Origin: an uncultured Spartobacteria bacterium
GTDB lineage: Bacteria; Verrucomicrobiota; Verrucomicrobiia; Chthoniobacterales; Chthoniobacteraceae
Assembly (NCBI GenBank): GCA_903882875.1
Contig: CAIRYQ010000023.1
Coordinates: forward strand, 3,680 to 67,679
Length of the DNA: 64,000 bases
Direction of reading: 5' to 3'
The notes beneath the pieces were generated by a model, which was given only the letters and a program-made list of their open reading frames with translations, was not told the DNA's origin and ran no database searches. The position numbers and the translations under genes are program-made. Below are positions 8,352 to 18,459 of the stretch, piece after piece (the stretch's first letter is position 1; every line of letters begins with the position of its first letter).

Positions 8352-10664
8352 ATGAAACTCCGCACCTTCGCTCTCGCCCTCGCCGCGCTGTGTACCGGCG
8401 CGCACGGCGCTCCGAAGACGCTGCCCGGGGACTCCGATTCGCCAGGGAAATTCAGCGACATCCCGATTGATATTGCCGCGGAGACACTCAACGCCTCGGG
8501 CTCGCTCGCGGTCGCTTCGGGCAATGTGCAGATCTCCTACGGCGCGACGACGATCTACGCCGACGAAGCGCAGTACGACCCGACCACGCGCGACGTGATC
8601 GCCACGGGAAATGTGCGGATCTACCGTGACGGCCAGCTCGTGACGGCCGAACGCGCCGTGTACAATCTCGAAACCAAGGACATCATGTCCGCCTCGGTGA
8701 ACGGCGACCATTTTCCCTACCTCTTTTCGGGAAATTCCTTCCAGAACAACTCGGGCGGCAACGGCTACCTCGTCAAGGGCGGCGTCTTCACCACGAGCGA
8801 TTCGCTCCAGCCGGACTGGTCGCTGCGCGCACGCCGCGTCCGCATGTATCCGAATGACAGCATCATTCTTTACGACGTGGATCTCTACGTCGGCGAGACG
8901 CCCATCCTGCGCCTGCCGTACCTCTACCAGTCGCTGAACCGCGAAAATGCCTTCAGCATCATCCCCGGCTACCGCTCGGTGTGGGGCGGCTACCTGCTGA
9001 CAAATTACACTTTCCCGCTCACCGAAAAACTCGGCGCGACGCTGCGGATGGACTACCTCACAAGCCGCGGATTCGCCGTCGGCCTCGGCACGAAGTGGGC
9101 GCCAAAGGAGGATGGCGGAAGAAATTGGGGCCGCTTCACCGCGTACGGGCTGCACGACGCCGGCGCGGACATCAACAGGACCGCCCTCGCCCGCGAAGCC
9201 GTCCCGTCCGGCCGCTACCGCGTCTCGCTCCAGGCGCGGCAGTATCTCACCGACGACATCTACGCCTCGGTGAACATCAACAAACTCAGCGACACGCGCT
9301 TTCTGCAGGACTTCTACGAGTCGGAATTCATCCACAATCCGCATCCCGACAACTCGGTGAGCCTCACGAAATTCGCCGACGATTACACGATGACGCTGCT
9401 CGCGCGGAAGCAGGTGAACAAATTTTTCGACGCCACGGAACGCCTGCCCGAATTTGCGGTCGATGCGACCCGCCAGCCCCTCCTGGGCAGCAAGATTTTC
9501 TATGAGGGGCAGACATCGGTCGGCAGCTACCGCCGGAATTTTGCAAGCGGCACCGCGCTGCCCGACTACGGCTACACGCGCGTGGATTCGTTCCACCAAT
9601 TCCTTTTCCCGCAGACCTACGGCGGCTGGCTCAGCATTGTCCCGCGCATCGGTGTCCGCGGCACCTGGTATTCCGAGACCGGGAGCACCGTGCAGGCCGC
9701 ACCCGTCACACCCCTCGAACTCAGCGCCGCCACAATCAAGAACGCCGACGGCACGATCAACCGGCTCCTCGAGACCGGTTCCGTTTTTCGTCCGGTCCTC
9801 AACGCGGGTGTCGAGGCGTCCTTCAAGGCATCGCGGGCCTACGAGAGCGTGCAGAGCCGCATGTGGGGACTCGACGGCCTGCGGCACATCATCCAGCCGT
9901 ACGTGAATCTCAGCTACGTCGCGACCGATTCGGACGGCAAACAGCTCTTCCAGATCGACCGCCTCCAGCAATCCTCGCAGTTGCCCGGGATTGATTTCCC
10001 CACGTTCAACAGCATTGACTCCATCACCAACTGGGACATCGCGCGTGTCGGCGTGCGCAACCGCCTCCAGACGCGCCGCGACGACTCCACATTCAACTGG
10101 CTCGAGATGGACAGCTTCATGGACATCCGCTTCCAGAACCCGAACTTTAGCACCCCCGATCCCAATCCCGGCCGCTATTCGAATTTCGTGAACCGCATCC
10201 GCTGGAATCCGCTCCCGTGGGCCGCCGTGGTCGTGGATTCGCAACTCCCGCTCATAGACAAAGGCTTCACCGAGGTGAATACCGACATCTATTTCATGCC
10301 GAACGACCGCATGAACTTCAGCGTCGGCCACCGCTACCTGTGCGGCAACGTGCTCTTCGCGGACAGTTCGCTGCTGAGCTTGAGCACCTACTTCCGTTTC
10401 AACGACGAATGGAGCGTCTCCGCACGCGGCGCTTACGAGCTGCACGATCACATCTTCCAAACCCAAAGCTACGAAATCCACCGCAACCTCACGAGCTGGA
10501 TCGCCAGCCTCGGCTTCACAGCCAACAACAACAGCAGCGCCACCATCTCACAGAAAAACTACGGCGTCATGCTTTCCTTCACACTCAAGGATCTGCCAAA
10601 CATCCGCCTCCCGCTCAACGTGAACCCCGGCTTTGGCAACACCACCAGCAGCACGAACCGGTAG
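8352..10664 (+). CDS. lptD: LPS-assembly outer membrane protein LptD/OstA family
   Basis: The ATG at 8352 gives signal peptide MKLRTFALALAALCTGAHG. An OstA-like N-domain follows (ASGNVQISYGATTIYADEAQYDPTTRDVIATGNVRIY), then a long beta-rich C-terminal region. Confidence 0.8.
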   Translation: MKLRTFALALAALCTGAHGAPKTLPGDSDSPGKFSDIPIDIAAETLNASGSLAVASGNVQISYGATTIYADEAQYDPTTRDVIATGNVRIYRDGQLVTAERAVYNLETKDIMSASVNGDHFPYLFSGNSFQNNSGGNGYLVKGGVFTTSDSLQPDWSLRARRVRMYPNDSIILYDVDLYVGETPILRLPYLYQSLNRENAFSIIPGYRSVWGGYLLTNYTFPLTEKLGATLRMDYLTSRGFAVGLGTKWAPKEDGGRNWGRFTAYGLHDAGADINRTALAREAVPSGRYRVSLQARQYLTDDIYASVNINKLSDTRFLQDFYESEFIHNPHPDNSVSLTKFADDYTMTLLARKQVNKFFDATERLPEFAVDATRQPLLGSKIFYEGQTSVGSYRRNFASGTALPDYGYTRVDSFHQFLFPQTYGGWLSIVPRIGVRGTWYSETGSTVQAAPVTPLELSAATIKNADGTINRLLETGSVFRPVLNAGVEASFKASRAYESVQSRMWGLDGLRHIIQPYVNLSYVATDSDGKQLFQIDRLQQSSQLPGIDFPTFNSIDSITNWDIARVGVRNRLQTRRDDSTFNWLEMDSFMDIRFQNPNFSTPDPNPGRYSNFVNRIRWNPLPWAAVVVDSQLPLIDKGFTEVNTDIYFMPNDRMNFSVGHRYLCGNVLFADSSLLSLSTYFRFNDEWSVSARGAYELHDHIFQTQSYEIHRNLTSWIASLGFTANNNSSATISQKNYGVMLSFTLKDLPNIRLPLNVNPGFGNTTSSTNR

Positions 10665-10880
10665 CCGTCTGGCGGGTGGCGTGGGCGGTCCAGGCGAAGC
10701 GGAAAAGGTGACGCGGACTGCCGGATTTCGCGCCCGGCGGCCGCAGCGCTGATTTTGATTCAGGCGTGCGGACACTGCGCTTCGGAGCACCTTGATCGTG
10801 CCGAGTCACGGGCGCGGGGACTTTCCATTTGCCCTCGCTTGCGGTGCGGGGCATGTTTCGCGCCCTTTGACCCTACGATC

Positions 10881-12254
10881 ATGACACTCACCGAAAAATT
10901 GCTCGCCCGCGCAAGCGGCAAGGCGCGCGTCCAGCCCGGCGAAAATGCCTGGGTGAATGTGGACGTGCTGATGACTCACGATGTGTGCGGCCCTGGCACC
11001 ATCGGCGTCTTCAAGCGCGAATTCGGCAAGGACGCGAAGGTGTGGGACCGCAGCAAGGTGGTCATCATCCCCGACCACTACATCTTCACTGCGGACTCGA
11101 TGAGCAACCGCAACGTGGACATCCTGCGCGACTTCGTGCGCGAGCAGGGGCTGGAGTATTTTTACGACGTGATTGATGACCCGAACGGCTCGTGGCATTT
11201 CGATCCCACGAAGGGGCAGCTCAAGCAGCAGTATGGGAAACATTTTGCCGGCGTGTGCCACACCACGCTGCCGTGGAAGGGGCATCTGCGGCCTGGCGAA
11301 GTGCTCGTGGGCACGGACTCGCACACCTGCATGGCGGGCGCGTTCAACCAGTTTGCGACGGGCATTGGCAACACGGACGCGGGCTTCGTGCTCGGCACCG
11401 GGAAAATCCTGCTGAAGGTGCCGGAGAGCATGCGCTTTTTCTGCGAGGGCGAAATGCAACCGGGCGTGATGGCGAAGGATGTGATCCTGCACGTCATCGG
11501 CGACATCGGCTTCGACGGTGCGACCTATCGCGCGATGCAGTGGGAAGGCCCCGGCGTGAACGCGATGAACATGGACGACCGCATGACGATCGCGAACATG
11601 GCGATCGAGGCGGGCGGCAAGAACGCGATTTTCCCGTACGACGAAAAGACCGGCGCGTACGTGCGCGAGCGCGTTGCGGAGAACGGGACGAAGTCGGACT
11701 TCGAGCCCGTGGAGCCCGACGCGGATCAGCAGTTCGTCTTCGACAAAAAATACGATCTCTCGAAACTCGAGCCGACCGTCGCGTGCCACCCCGATCCCGG
11801 CCAGCGCAAGCTCGCGCGCGAACTTACCGGCGTGAAACTGGATCGTGCTTACATTGGTTCATGCACCGGCGGAAAGACGAGCGACTTCCTTGCCTTCGCT
11901 CGCGTCGTGAACGGACGTAGCGTGAAGATCCACACCTTCGGCGTGCCCGCGACCACGAAGGTCGTGGCCGAGCTGAAGGCCGCGCAAATCGGCGGCAAGA
12001 GCGTGTGGAGCATCCTTGAAAACGCCGGCGTGCAGATGACCGAGAACGCCTCGTGCGCCGCGTGCCTCGGCGGGCCGCAGGACACCTTCGGCCGCATGAA
12101 CGAGAAGGCGCTCAAGTGCATCAGCGCGACGAACCGCAATTTTCCCGGCCGCATGGGCCACAAGGAATCGCAGGTCTTCCTCGCGTCGCCGTACACCGTC
12201 GCGGCGAGCGCGCTCACGGGTCACATCACCGACCCGCGCGAAGTGCTGGCGTAG
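10881..12254 (+). CDS. leuC: 3-isopropylmalate/homoaconitate-type dehydratase large subunit (aconitase family)
   Basis: The ATG at 10881 starts MTLTEKLLARASGK...VDVLMTHDV. Cys ligand contexts GTDSHTCMAG and GSCTGGK...CAACLG match the LeuC/HacA type. Confidence 0.8.
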   Translation: MTLTEKLLARASGKARVQPGENAWVNVDVLMTHDVCGPGTIGVFKREFGKDAKVWDRSKVVIIPDHYIFTADSMSNRNVDILRDFVREQGLEYFYDVIDDPNGSWHFDPTKGQLKQQYGKHFAGVCHTTLPWKGHLRPGEVLVGTDSHTCMAGAFNQFATGIGNTDAGFVLGTGKILLKVPESMRFFCEGEMQPGVMAKDVILHVIGDIGFDGATYRAMQWEGPGVNAMNMDDRMTIANMAIEAGGKNAIFPYDEKTGAYVRERVAENGTKSDFEPVEPDADQQFVFDKKYDLSKLEPTVACHPDPGQRKLARELTGVKLDRAYIGSCTGGKTSDFLAFARVVNGRSVKIHTFGVPATTKVVAELKAAQIGGKSVWSILENAGVQMTENASCAACLGGPQDTFGRMNEKALKCISATNRNFPGRMGHKESQVFLASPYTVAASALTGHITDPREVLA

Positions 12255-12289
12255 GAAAATGTGAGCGTGCCGTGAGTGTGCTGCGGAAC

Positions 12290-12817
12290 ATGCCCGGACT
12301 GCGCCTCGTGCTCGCCTGCGCTGCTGCGCTCGCATTTTCCGCATGTGCGGCTTCGCGGCCGAAAAAGGGCGACGTGTATTACGCCGTGAGTGCGAAGATG
12401 GCGCAGGTGTACCGCTTCGGGCCGTCGCAGCCGACGGGTGCGGACGCTCTGCTCAAGCAGGGCCAGCGCATCATCATGCTCCGCCAGGAATACGGCTACA
12501 GCCGTGTGATGACCGAGGACGGCATGACGGGCTACATCGCGAACGATCTCATCGCGCCCGCGCCGCCGCCGGAAAAGCCGCGCACTTTGCCCGGCGGCCT
12601 CGCGATGGCGGATCTGCCGCCGCTGCCGTCGCGCGGCACGGGCATCCCCGGCGTGAGTTCGGCAAACCGTGCGATCCTCCAGAGTGCGCCGCTCTTTGGC
12701 GACGACAAGCTGCCGCCGCTGCCGGACACCGACACGCACTCGCAAAAAAAATTGCCGGGCTTCCGTTTCAACGTCCACGCGCCGGCTCCGGCAGTTCCTG
12801 AAAAGCAGGAGCAGTGA
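12290..12817 (+). CDS. Lipoprotein with SH3-like domain and proline-rich tail
   Basis: Lipobox LAFSAC after a hydrophobic N-terminus. SH3_3-like segment QGQRIIMLRQEYGYSRVMTEDGMTGYIANDLI. Confidence 0.55.
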   Translation: MPGLRLVLACAAALAFSACAASRPKKGDVYYAVSAKMAQVYRFGPSQPTGADALLKQGQRIIMLRQEYGYSRVMTEDGMTGYIANDLIAPAPPPEKPRTLPGGLAMADLPPLPSRGTGIPGVSSANRAILQSAPLFGDDKLPPLPDTDTHSQKKLPGFRFNVHAPAPAVPEKQEQ

Positions 12818-12912
12818 ACGCGGAAGAAATGCGGGCGAGATCCGGCCGCGCATACCGTTCGACGTTTCACTTGCCCCCGCGCGGTGGCCGGGTATGACTC
12901 GCGGTTCGACCA

Positions 12913-14385
12913 ATGGAACCTACCGCAGACATCGCACTCATCGGACTGGCCGTCATGGGCCAGAATCTCATCCTCAACATGAACGACCACGGCTACACCG
13001 TCGTGGCTTACAATCGCACGACGGAGAAAGTGGATCACTTTCTCGCAAACGAGGCGAAGGGGACGAAAGTGCTCGGCACGCATTCGCTGGAGGAAATGGT
13101 CTCGAAGCTCAAGCGCCCGCGCCGCGTGATGATGCTCGTGAAGGCCGGCAAGCCGGTGGATGAATTCATCGAACACCTGCTGCCGCTGCTCGAACCCGGC
13201 GACATCATCATTGATGGCGGCAATTCGCTTTTCGACGACACCGCGCGGCGCGTGAAACTTTGCGAGAGCAAGGGGCTGCTCTACGTCGGCACCGGCGTCT
13301 CCGGTGGTGAAGAAGGTGCGCGTCGCGGCCCGAGCATCATGCCCGGCGGTTCGCCCGCGGCATGGCCGCACGTGAAGGAAATTTTCCAGGCCATCTCCGC
13401 GAAAGTGGACGGCGGCGTGCCGTGCTGCGACTGGGTCGGCGAGGGCGGTGCGGGCCATTACGTGAAGATGGTTCACAACGGGATCGAATACGGCGACATG
13501 CAGCTCATCTGCGAAGCCTACAACATCATGAAAAACGGCCTCGGCATGTCCGCGGACGAGATGCACGAGGTGCTGAAGGAATGGAACACCGGCGAACTCG
13601 ACAGCTACCTCATCGAGATTTCGCGCGACATCCTCGCGAAGAAGGACGAGGACGGCTCGCCGCTCGTGGACAAGATTCTCGACACCGCAGGCCAGAAGGG
13701 TACGGGCAAGTGGACGGTGATCAATTCGCAGGAACTCGGCATCCCGATCACACTCATGGCGGAGGCGGTGTATTCACGCTGCGTGTCGGCACTCAAAGAC
13801 GAGCGCCATCGCGCCGCGCGGAAGCTCAAGGGTCCGAACCCGCTCCTGCACAGCACCGCGAAGAGCCCGGCGAAGAAGAAGGCGTTCATCGAGGACATCC
13901 GCCTCGCGCTCTACGCGTCGAAAATCATCAGCTACGCGCAGGGCTACATGCTCATGCGCGCCGCCGCGAAGGAGTACAAGTGGAACCTGAACTACGGCGG
14001 CATCGCGCTGATGTGGCGCGGCGGTTGCATCATTCGCTCGCGCTTCCTCGGGAAAATCAAGGAGGCCTACGACAACAACCCGAAGCTCTCGAACCTGCTG
14101 CTCGACGATTTCTTCCGCGGCGAAATCAAGAAGTCGCAGAAGGGCTGGCGCAACGTCGTCGCCACCGCGGCGAAGAAAGGCATCCCGGTGCCCGCCTTCA
14201 GCACCGCGCTCGCGTTCTTCGATCAGTATCGCAGCGCCGTCCTGCCCGCGAACCTGCTCCAGGCGCAGCGCGACTATTTCGGCGCGCACACCTACGAGCG
14301 CGTTGACAAGCCGCGCGGCGAATTCTTCCACACGAACTGGACCGGCCGCGGCGGCGACGTGTCGAGCAGCACCTACACGGTGTAG
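12913..14385 (+). CDS. gnd: 6-phosphogluconate dehydrogenase (decarboxylating)
   Basis: 490 aa. IALIGLAVMGQNLILNM Rossmann N-terminus and MVHNGIEYGDMQLICEAY motif. Confidence 0.95.
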   Translation: MEPTADIALIGLAVMGQNLILNMNDHGYTVVAYNRTTEKVDHFLANEAKGTKVLGTHSLEEMVSKLKRPRRVMMLVKAGKPVDEFIEHLLPLLEPGDIIIDGGNSLFDDTARRVKLCESKGLLYVGTGVSGGEEGARRGPSIMPGGSPAAWPHVKEIFQAISAKVDGGVPCCDWVGEGGAGHYVKMVHNGIEYGDMQLICEAYNIMKNGLGMSADEMHEVLKEWNTGELDSYLIEISRDILAKKDEDGSPLVDKILDTAGQKGTGKWTVINSQELGIPITLMAEAVYSRCVSALKDERHRAARKLKGPNPLLHSTAKSPAKKKAFIEDIRLALYASKIISYAQGYMLMRAAAKEYKWNLNYGGIALMWRGGCIIRSRFLGKIKEAYDNNPKLSNLLLDDFFRGEIKKSQKGWRNVVATAAKKGIPVPAFSTALAFFDQYRSAVLPANLLQAQRDYFGAHTYERVDKPRGEFFHTNWTGRGGDVSSSTYTV

Positions 14386-14413
14386 TCGCGGCAGATTCCG
14401 CAGTTTGAAAAAA

Positions 14414-14448
14414 GGGCGCCGGAGAAAATCCGGCGCCCTTTTGTTTTT
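14414..14448 (+). terminator. Rho-independent terminator downstream of gnd
   Basis: Perfect 9-bp GC stem gggcgccgg / ccggcgccc with a 7-nt loop, followed by ttttgttttt. Confidence 0.7.
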
Positions 14449-14526
14449 GAGGATCGGCGGATTGTCGCGCACACGGTGCTCCTCTTGCACGCAAGCACCG
14501 GCATCTTTTGTCGCGCCATTGCCTGC

Positions 14527-14563
14527 AAAGAAAAAACCGGCACCTGCTTGCACAGGTGCCGGT
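14527..14563 (-). terminator. Rho-independent terminator for the minus-strand gene 14594-15037
   Basis: The minus strand reads accggcacctg-tgcaag-caggtgccggt followed by tttttcttt. Confidence 0.7.
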
Positions 14564-14593
14564 CTTTGAAAATGCGGTGAGTTTCCGCGGAGA

Positions 14594-15037
14594 CTACTTG
14601 GTGTTCGGTTTCGCGGGAGCGTCGGGCTTCTTTTCGCCGCCCGCGGGTTTCGCTGCCTTCGTCTTGGGCGCGCCGATGTAGGTGGTCTTCACCACTTCGT
14701 ATTCGGTGTCGCTCTTTTTCAGACGGCTGCCAGTGACCTCGTCGCCGACTTTGATGTCCTCGAACTTTGCTTCCTTGTCGCCATTCTTGAGTTCGGTCTT
14801 CGCGGTGACGACATTCTTCACCTCTTTGCCGTCCTTGTTTTTGTGGCTGAACGATTTTCCTGAGGCATCAATCGAATCCACGATGCTGTGGAAAGGCAGG
14901 GGCTTTGACGGGTCTGCCTTTGGCTTCTCCGCGGCTGGTGCCGGAGCGTCGGGTTTCTTCTTCGCCTCTGCGAATGTGGACTGGCCGCCGAGCGCGAGCG
15001 CGCAGGCGAGCGTGAATGTGAATACGAACTTTTTCAT
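14594..15037 (-). CDS. Secreted lysine-rich hypothetical protein
   Basis: Signal peptide MKKFVFTFTLACALALGGQSTFA and normal coding composition. It has its own terminator. No family recognised. Confidence 0.6.
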   Translation of the reverse strand: MKKFVFTFTLACALALGGQSTFAEAKKKPDAPAPAAEKPKADPSKPLPFHSIVDSIDASGKSFSHKNKDGKEVKNVVTAKTELKNGDKEAKFEDIKVGDEVTGSRLKKSDTEYEVVKTTYIGAPKTKAAKPAGGEKKPDAPAKPNTK

Positions 15038-15222
15038 GGGGTTGCCTTTCTGAGTTGTTGTTTTGTGGTGGGGAGAACTACGGGATCCGCAGGGGCGGAA
15101 CCGTCGCTCCCTTAGCCCAGATTTGGATGGATCGGATGTCCCGCGTCAAGCCTCGAACGCGGCCGCCCGAACTTGGAGCTTGGAACTTTCGCGGAACTTT
15201 GAGCTTTGATCGCCGCACACCC

Positions 15223-16485
15223 ATGCGAGTCGAAGTCATCAATACCGGCACCGAACTCATGCTCGGCGGCACCGTGAACACGCACCTCGCATTCATCGCA
15301 CGCGAGCTGTTCCCGCTCGGGCTGCGCGTGCAGCGGCAGGTCACCGTGCCCGACGGCGAGGCGATCCGCGACGTCGTGCGCGACACTTTTGGAAAGGCGG
15401 ACATCGTGCTTGTGACCGGCGGGCTTGGCCCGACGACGGACGACATCACGCGCGACATCGTCGCCAATCTGCTCGGCCTGCGGCTCGAACATGACGGGGA
15501 AATCTGGCGCGCGATCGAGGAGCGATTCGCACGGCGCGGCCTGAAGACGAACGATCGCGTGAAGCTCCAGGCGCTGCGCCCGCGCGAGGCCGCCGTGTTG
15601 TGGAATCCGCACGGCACCGCGCCCGGCCTGCATTTTCCCGCGCTCGCGGAAAAGGGGACGCCGCACATTTTCCTGCTCCCCGGCCCGCCGCGCGAGCTGA
15701 TGCCGATGGTGCGCGAAAAGCTCGTGCCGATCCTCGCCGCGCTGCTCCCGCATGGCGTGCGGCACGGGATGCGGACGTTTCGTGTGCTCGGGATCGGCGA
15801 GTCCGTCGTCGAGGAATCCGTCGGCGAGTCGTTGCTCGCGATGGGCCTCGAAGTCGGCTATTGCGCGCGGCCCGGCGAAGTGGACTTGCGGCTCATCGGC
15901 ACGGCGGATGCGCTCGACCGCGCAACGCCGCTCGTGCGCGAGCGGCTGGGAAAGTGGATCTTCACGAGCGACGAACGCGAGCTGCCCGAAGTCATCGTGG
16001 AAAAAATGACCGCGCTCGCGAAGACCCTCGCTGTCGCCGAGAGCTGCACCGGTGGCTTCATCGCGAACCAGCTCACGAACGTGCCCGGAGCATCGGCGGT
16101 TTTCCTTGCGGGCTACGTGGCGTACGCGAACGCCGCCAAGACCGCGGCGCTCGGCGTGGACGCCGTGCTCATCGCGCAGCACGGCGCGGTGAGCGAACCC
16201 GTCGCGCGGCAGATGGCCGAAGGCGCGCTTGAAAAATCCGGCGCTGATTTTTCCCTCGCGACCACCGGCATCGCCGGCCCCGGCGGTGGTAGCACGGAAA
16301 AGCCCGTCGGCACCGTCTTCATCGCACTCGCGGCCCGTGGATCGGCGACGCTCGTGCTGCGCGAGAAATTCCTGACGGACCGCGAGACTTTCAAACACCG
16401 CGTCTCGCAGACCGCGCTTGATCTGCTCCTGCGCCGGCTCGACGGACGCGACCGCGCAGCAGCGGGCGAGGACGCGAAGGTTTGA
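15223..16485 (+). CDS. cinA: Competence/damage-inducible protein CinA (MoCF-binding domain + nicotinamide-nucleotide amidase PncC domain)
   Basis: The ATG at 15223 starts MRVEVINTGTELMLGGTVNTH. GGLGPTTDDITR motif, and C-terminal AVAESCTGG...TGIAGPGGG CinA domain. Confidence 0.85.
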   Translation: MRVEVINTGTELMLGGTVNTHLAFIARELFPLGLRVQRQVTVPDGEAIRDVVRDTFGKADIVLVTGGLGPTTDDITRDIVANLLGLRLEHDGEIWRAIEERFARRGLKTNDRVKLQALRPREAAVLWNPHGTAPGLHFPALAEKGTPHIFLLPGPPRELMPMVREKLVPILAALLPHGVRHGMRTFRVLGIGESVVEESVGESLLAMGLEVGYCARPGEVDLRLIGTADALDRATPLVRERLGKWIFTSDERELPEVIVEKMTALAKTLAVAESCTGGFIANQLTNVPGASAVFLAGYVAYANAAKTAALGVDAVLIAQHGAVSEPVARQMAEGALEKSGADFSLATTGIAGPGGGSTEKPVGTVFIALAARGSATLVLREKFLTDRETFKHRVSQTALDLLLRRLDGRDRAAAGEDAKV

Positions 16486-16556
16486 TGATTCTCCCATGAG
16501 CATCCCCGTCAGCGACCTGAGACCGGAGGCAAACGCTCAACGCCAGCCCTTTTCGC

Positions 16557-18263
16557 TCAGTCCTTCCGCCCCGTGCGGCGGATCGCATCGGACAGCCACG
16601 CGCATTCCTCCTTCCACGGGCTCTGTGTGCGCATCTCGCGGACTGTCACCGGCATCCGGGCGGCCCAGTTTTTTCCGCTCTCGATGCCGGGGACGTTGAA
16701 GCGATCTTCCAGCGCAAAAAGATCCGTGAGCATGAATGCCGCAAAGCGCGCGTTGCTCGCGAGCAGCGCATCGAGGAGCGCGCGGCGGATCGTGTCGTCG
16801 TAGTGCGGCCAGTGGCCCTCCTGCACCGGCAGCCCCGAGAAGGACGCGAGCAGGCGCAGCTCTTTCTGCGCGAGCCAGTGGTCGGGCGCGTCGTGCGTGT
16901 TCGCGTCGCGTCGGCGGTGCTCCCAGTGCGTCTTCATCGGCTCGTGATCATGCGTCGCGTACGTCGTGAAGGCGCAGTTGTCGAAGCTGCTGCCGGGGAT
17001 CACGTTGCCGTGCCAGTCGGATTCCCAGTGCGAGATTTTGAAGCCCGGCACGTCGAGCCCCAGCAGATGCGGGCGCACGTAGTCCGGCACGATGCCGAGA
17101 TCCTCGGCGACGACTTCCTGCGGCGCGGCGGCGGCCACGACCATGCGCAGGTATTTGTCGCCCGCGGCGAGATTCGCGGCGCGGTGTTCCGGCGTGTCGT
17201 CATCATTTGGCTGGAAATGCGGGAGCCTCCCGCCGGTGCGCGCGCGCGCCTCGTCGTGCGAGAGATTCAGGAATTCCGCGTTCAGCTTCGGTCGCCACGG
17301 GAAGCTGTAGATGCGGTAAAATCCCAGCACATGATCGATGCGGAAGATGTCGAAAATTTCCGTGAGCTTGCCCACGCGCCTGCGCCACCACGCGAAGCCG
17401 TCCGCCTCCATCACGTCCCAGCGGTAAAGCGGGATGCCCCAGTTCTGCCCCCATCGCTGCACGAAGAGGTCGTCCTTGAAGTACGTCTCCGGCGGGGCGC
17501 CGCCGCACCATTCGAGATTGAACTGCTCGGGCTGGAAAAAAACATCTGCACTGCACCACGAGATGCCGATCGGTACGTCGCCCATCAGCCGCACGCCGCG
17601 TGCCGCCGCGTGCGCCCGCGCCGCGCGCCACTGGCTGAAGCACAGCCACTGCACATACGCGTGAAACCGCAGCCGCGCATTGATCTTCCGCGCTCCTGTG
17701 CGCCGCTGCCCGGCGAGCCATGCGCGCGCCTTTGCCGCCGTGTTCAGCGAGTCCGGCCAGCTCGTCCAGTCCTCGTGGCCGACTTCCTCCATCAGCACAC
17801 GGAAGAGACAGAAATCCTCCAGCCATCCCGCTTCCGAGGCGCGGAATTTTGCAAACTGTCGTCCCCGCGTCGTCGCCGTGCCCAGCCGCGCGAACGCACG
17901 CCGTAACAGCACATCCTTCAGCTCGCGCACCCGCACGTATTGCACCGCGCCTGTGCGAAGCTGCCCGATGTGAAATTTCGCCAGCGTCTCGTGAAAAAAA
18001 TCCGCGTCCAGCTCCGGGACCGCGCTGGGATTCAGCTCGAGCGTGAGCCAGTCGAGCGCGACGGAGCTGATTGCATTGTACGGGCTGCAGTCGCTCCCCG
18101 TCGCATTGATCGGCAGGAACTGCAAAAAGCCGATCCCCGTGTCCGCCGCCCAGTCCGCGAGTTCGCGCACGCCGCCCGTGTCGCCGATGCCGAGGTCACC
18201 CTCGGTGCGGATTGCAAAGGTCGGAATGAGAACACCAGCACGTCGCGGTCGGATCGTCGCCAT
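16557..18263 (-). CDS. malQ: 4-alpha-glucanotransferase (amylomaltase, GH77)
   Basis: 568 aa. GVLIPTFAIRTEGDLGIGD...FLQFLPIN N-terminus, IFRIDHVLGF and ATHDHEP motifs. Confidence 0.9.
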   Translation of the reverse strand: MATIRPRRAGVLIPTFAIRTEGDLGIGDTGGVRELADWAADTGIGFLQFLPINATGSDCSPYNAISSVALDWLTLELNPSAVPELDADFFHETLAKFHIGQLRTGAVQYVRVRELKDVLLRRAFARLGTATTRGRQFAKFRASEAGWLEDFCLFRVLMEEVGHEDWTSWPDSLNTAAKARAWLAGQRRTGARKINARLRFHAYVQWLCFSQWRAARAHAAARGVRLMGDVPIGISWCSADVFFQPEQFNLEWCGGAPPETYFKDDLFVQRWGQNWGIPLYRWDVMEADGFAWWRRRVGKLTEIFDIFRIDHVLGFYRIYSFPWRPKLNAEFLNLSHDEARARTGGRLPHFQPNDDDTPEHRAANLAAGDKYLRMVVAAAAPQEVVAEDLGIVPDYVRPHLLGLDVPGFKISHWESDWHGNVIPGSSFDNCAFTTYATHDHEPMKTHWEHRRRDANTHDAPDHWLAQKELRLLASFSGLPVQEGHWPHYDDTIRRALLDALLASNARFAAFMLTDLFALEDRFNVPGIESGKNWAARMPVTVREMRTQSPWKEECAWLSDAIRRTGRKD

Positions 18264-18459
18264 CCCCGAGCGTTAAATCGCCGGTGCCCCGCATGGCAAG
18301 AGCGCACGTCGTGCGGAACGAGGATCGCCATGGAAACTCCCACGGCCCGTCGCGCCGCCGCGTGCCCATGCGATCCCGTTGTCTGCGGTGGCTCTCCACC
18401 CATTGGGGCTGCACTGTAACTGAAAATGCCTGGCGCCAATCGCCAGCCACTTTGTCATC

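Noticed and set aside
7311-10481. 1056-aa minus-strand ORF in the track
   Set aside because: Only the C-terminal ~296 aa (7311-8201) look like a real protein, namely CdsA. The rest is Arg/Ala/Val/His-rich with no motifs. It lies antisense to the well-supported lptD gene (8352-10664) and is a GC-driven shadow ORF.
10881-12254. LeuC-type large subunit without an adjacent LeuD small subunit, as an anomaly
   Set aside because: Small-subunit genes are often encoded elsewhere. The absence within a 64-kb window is not informative.
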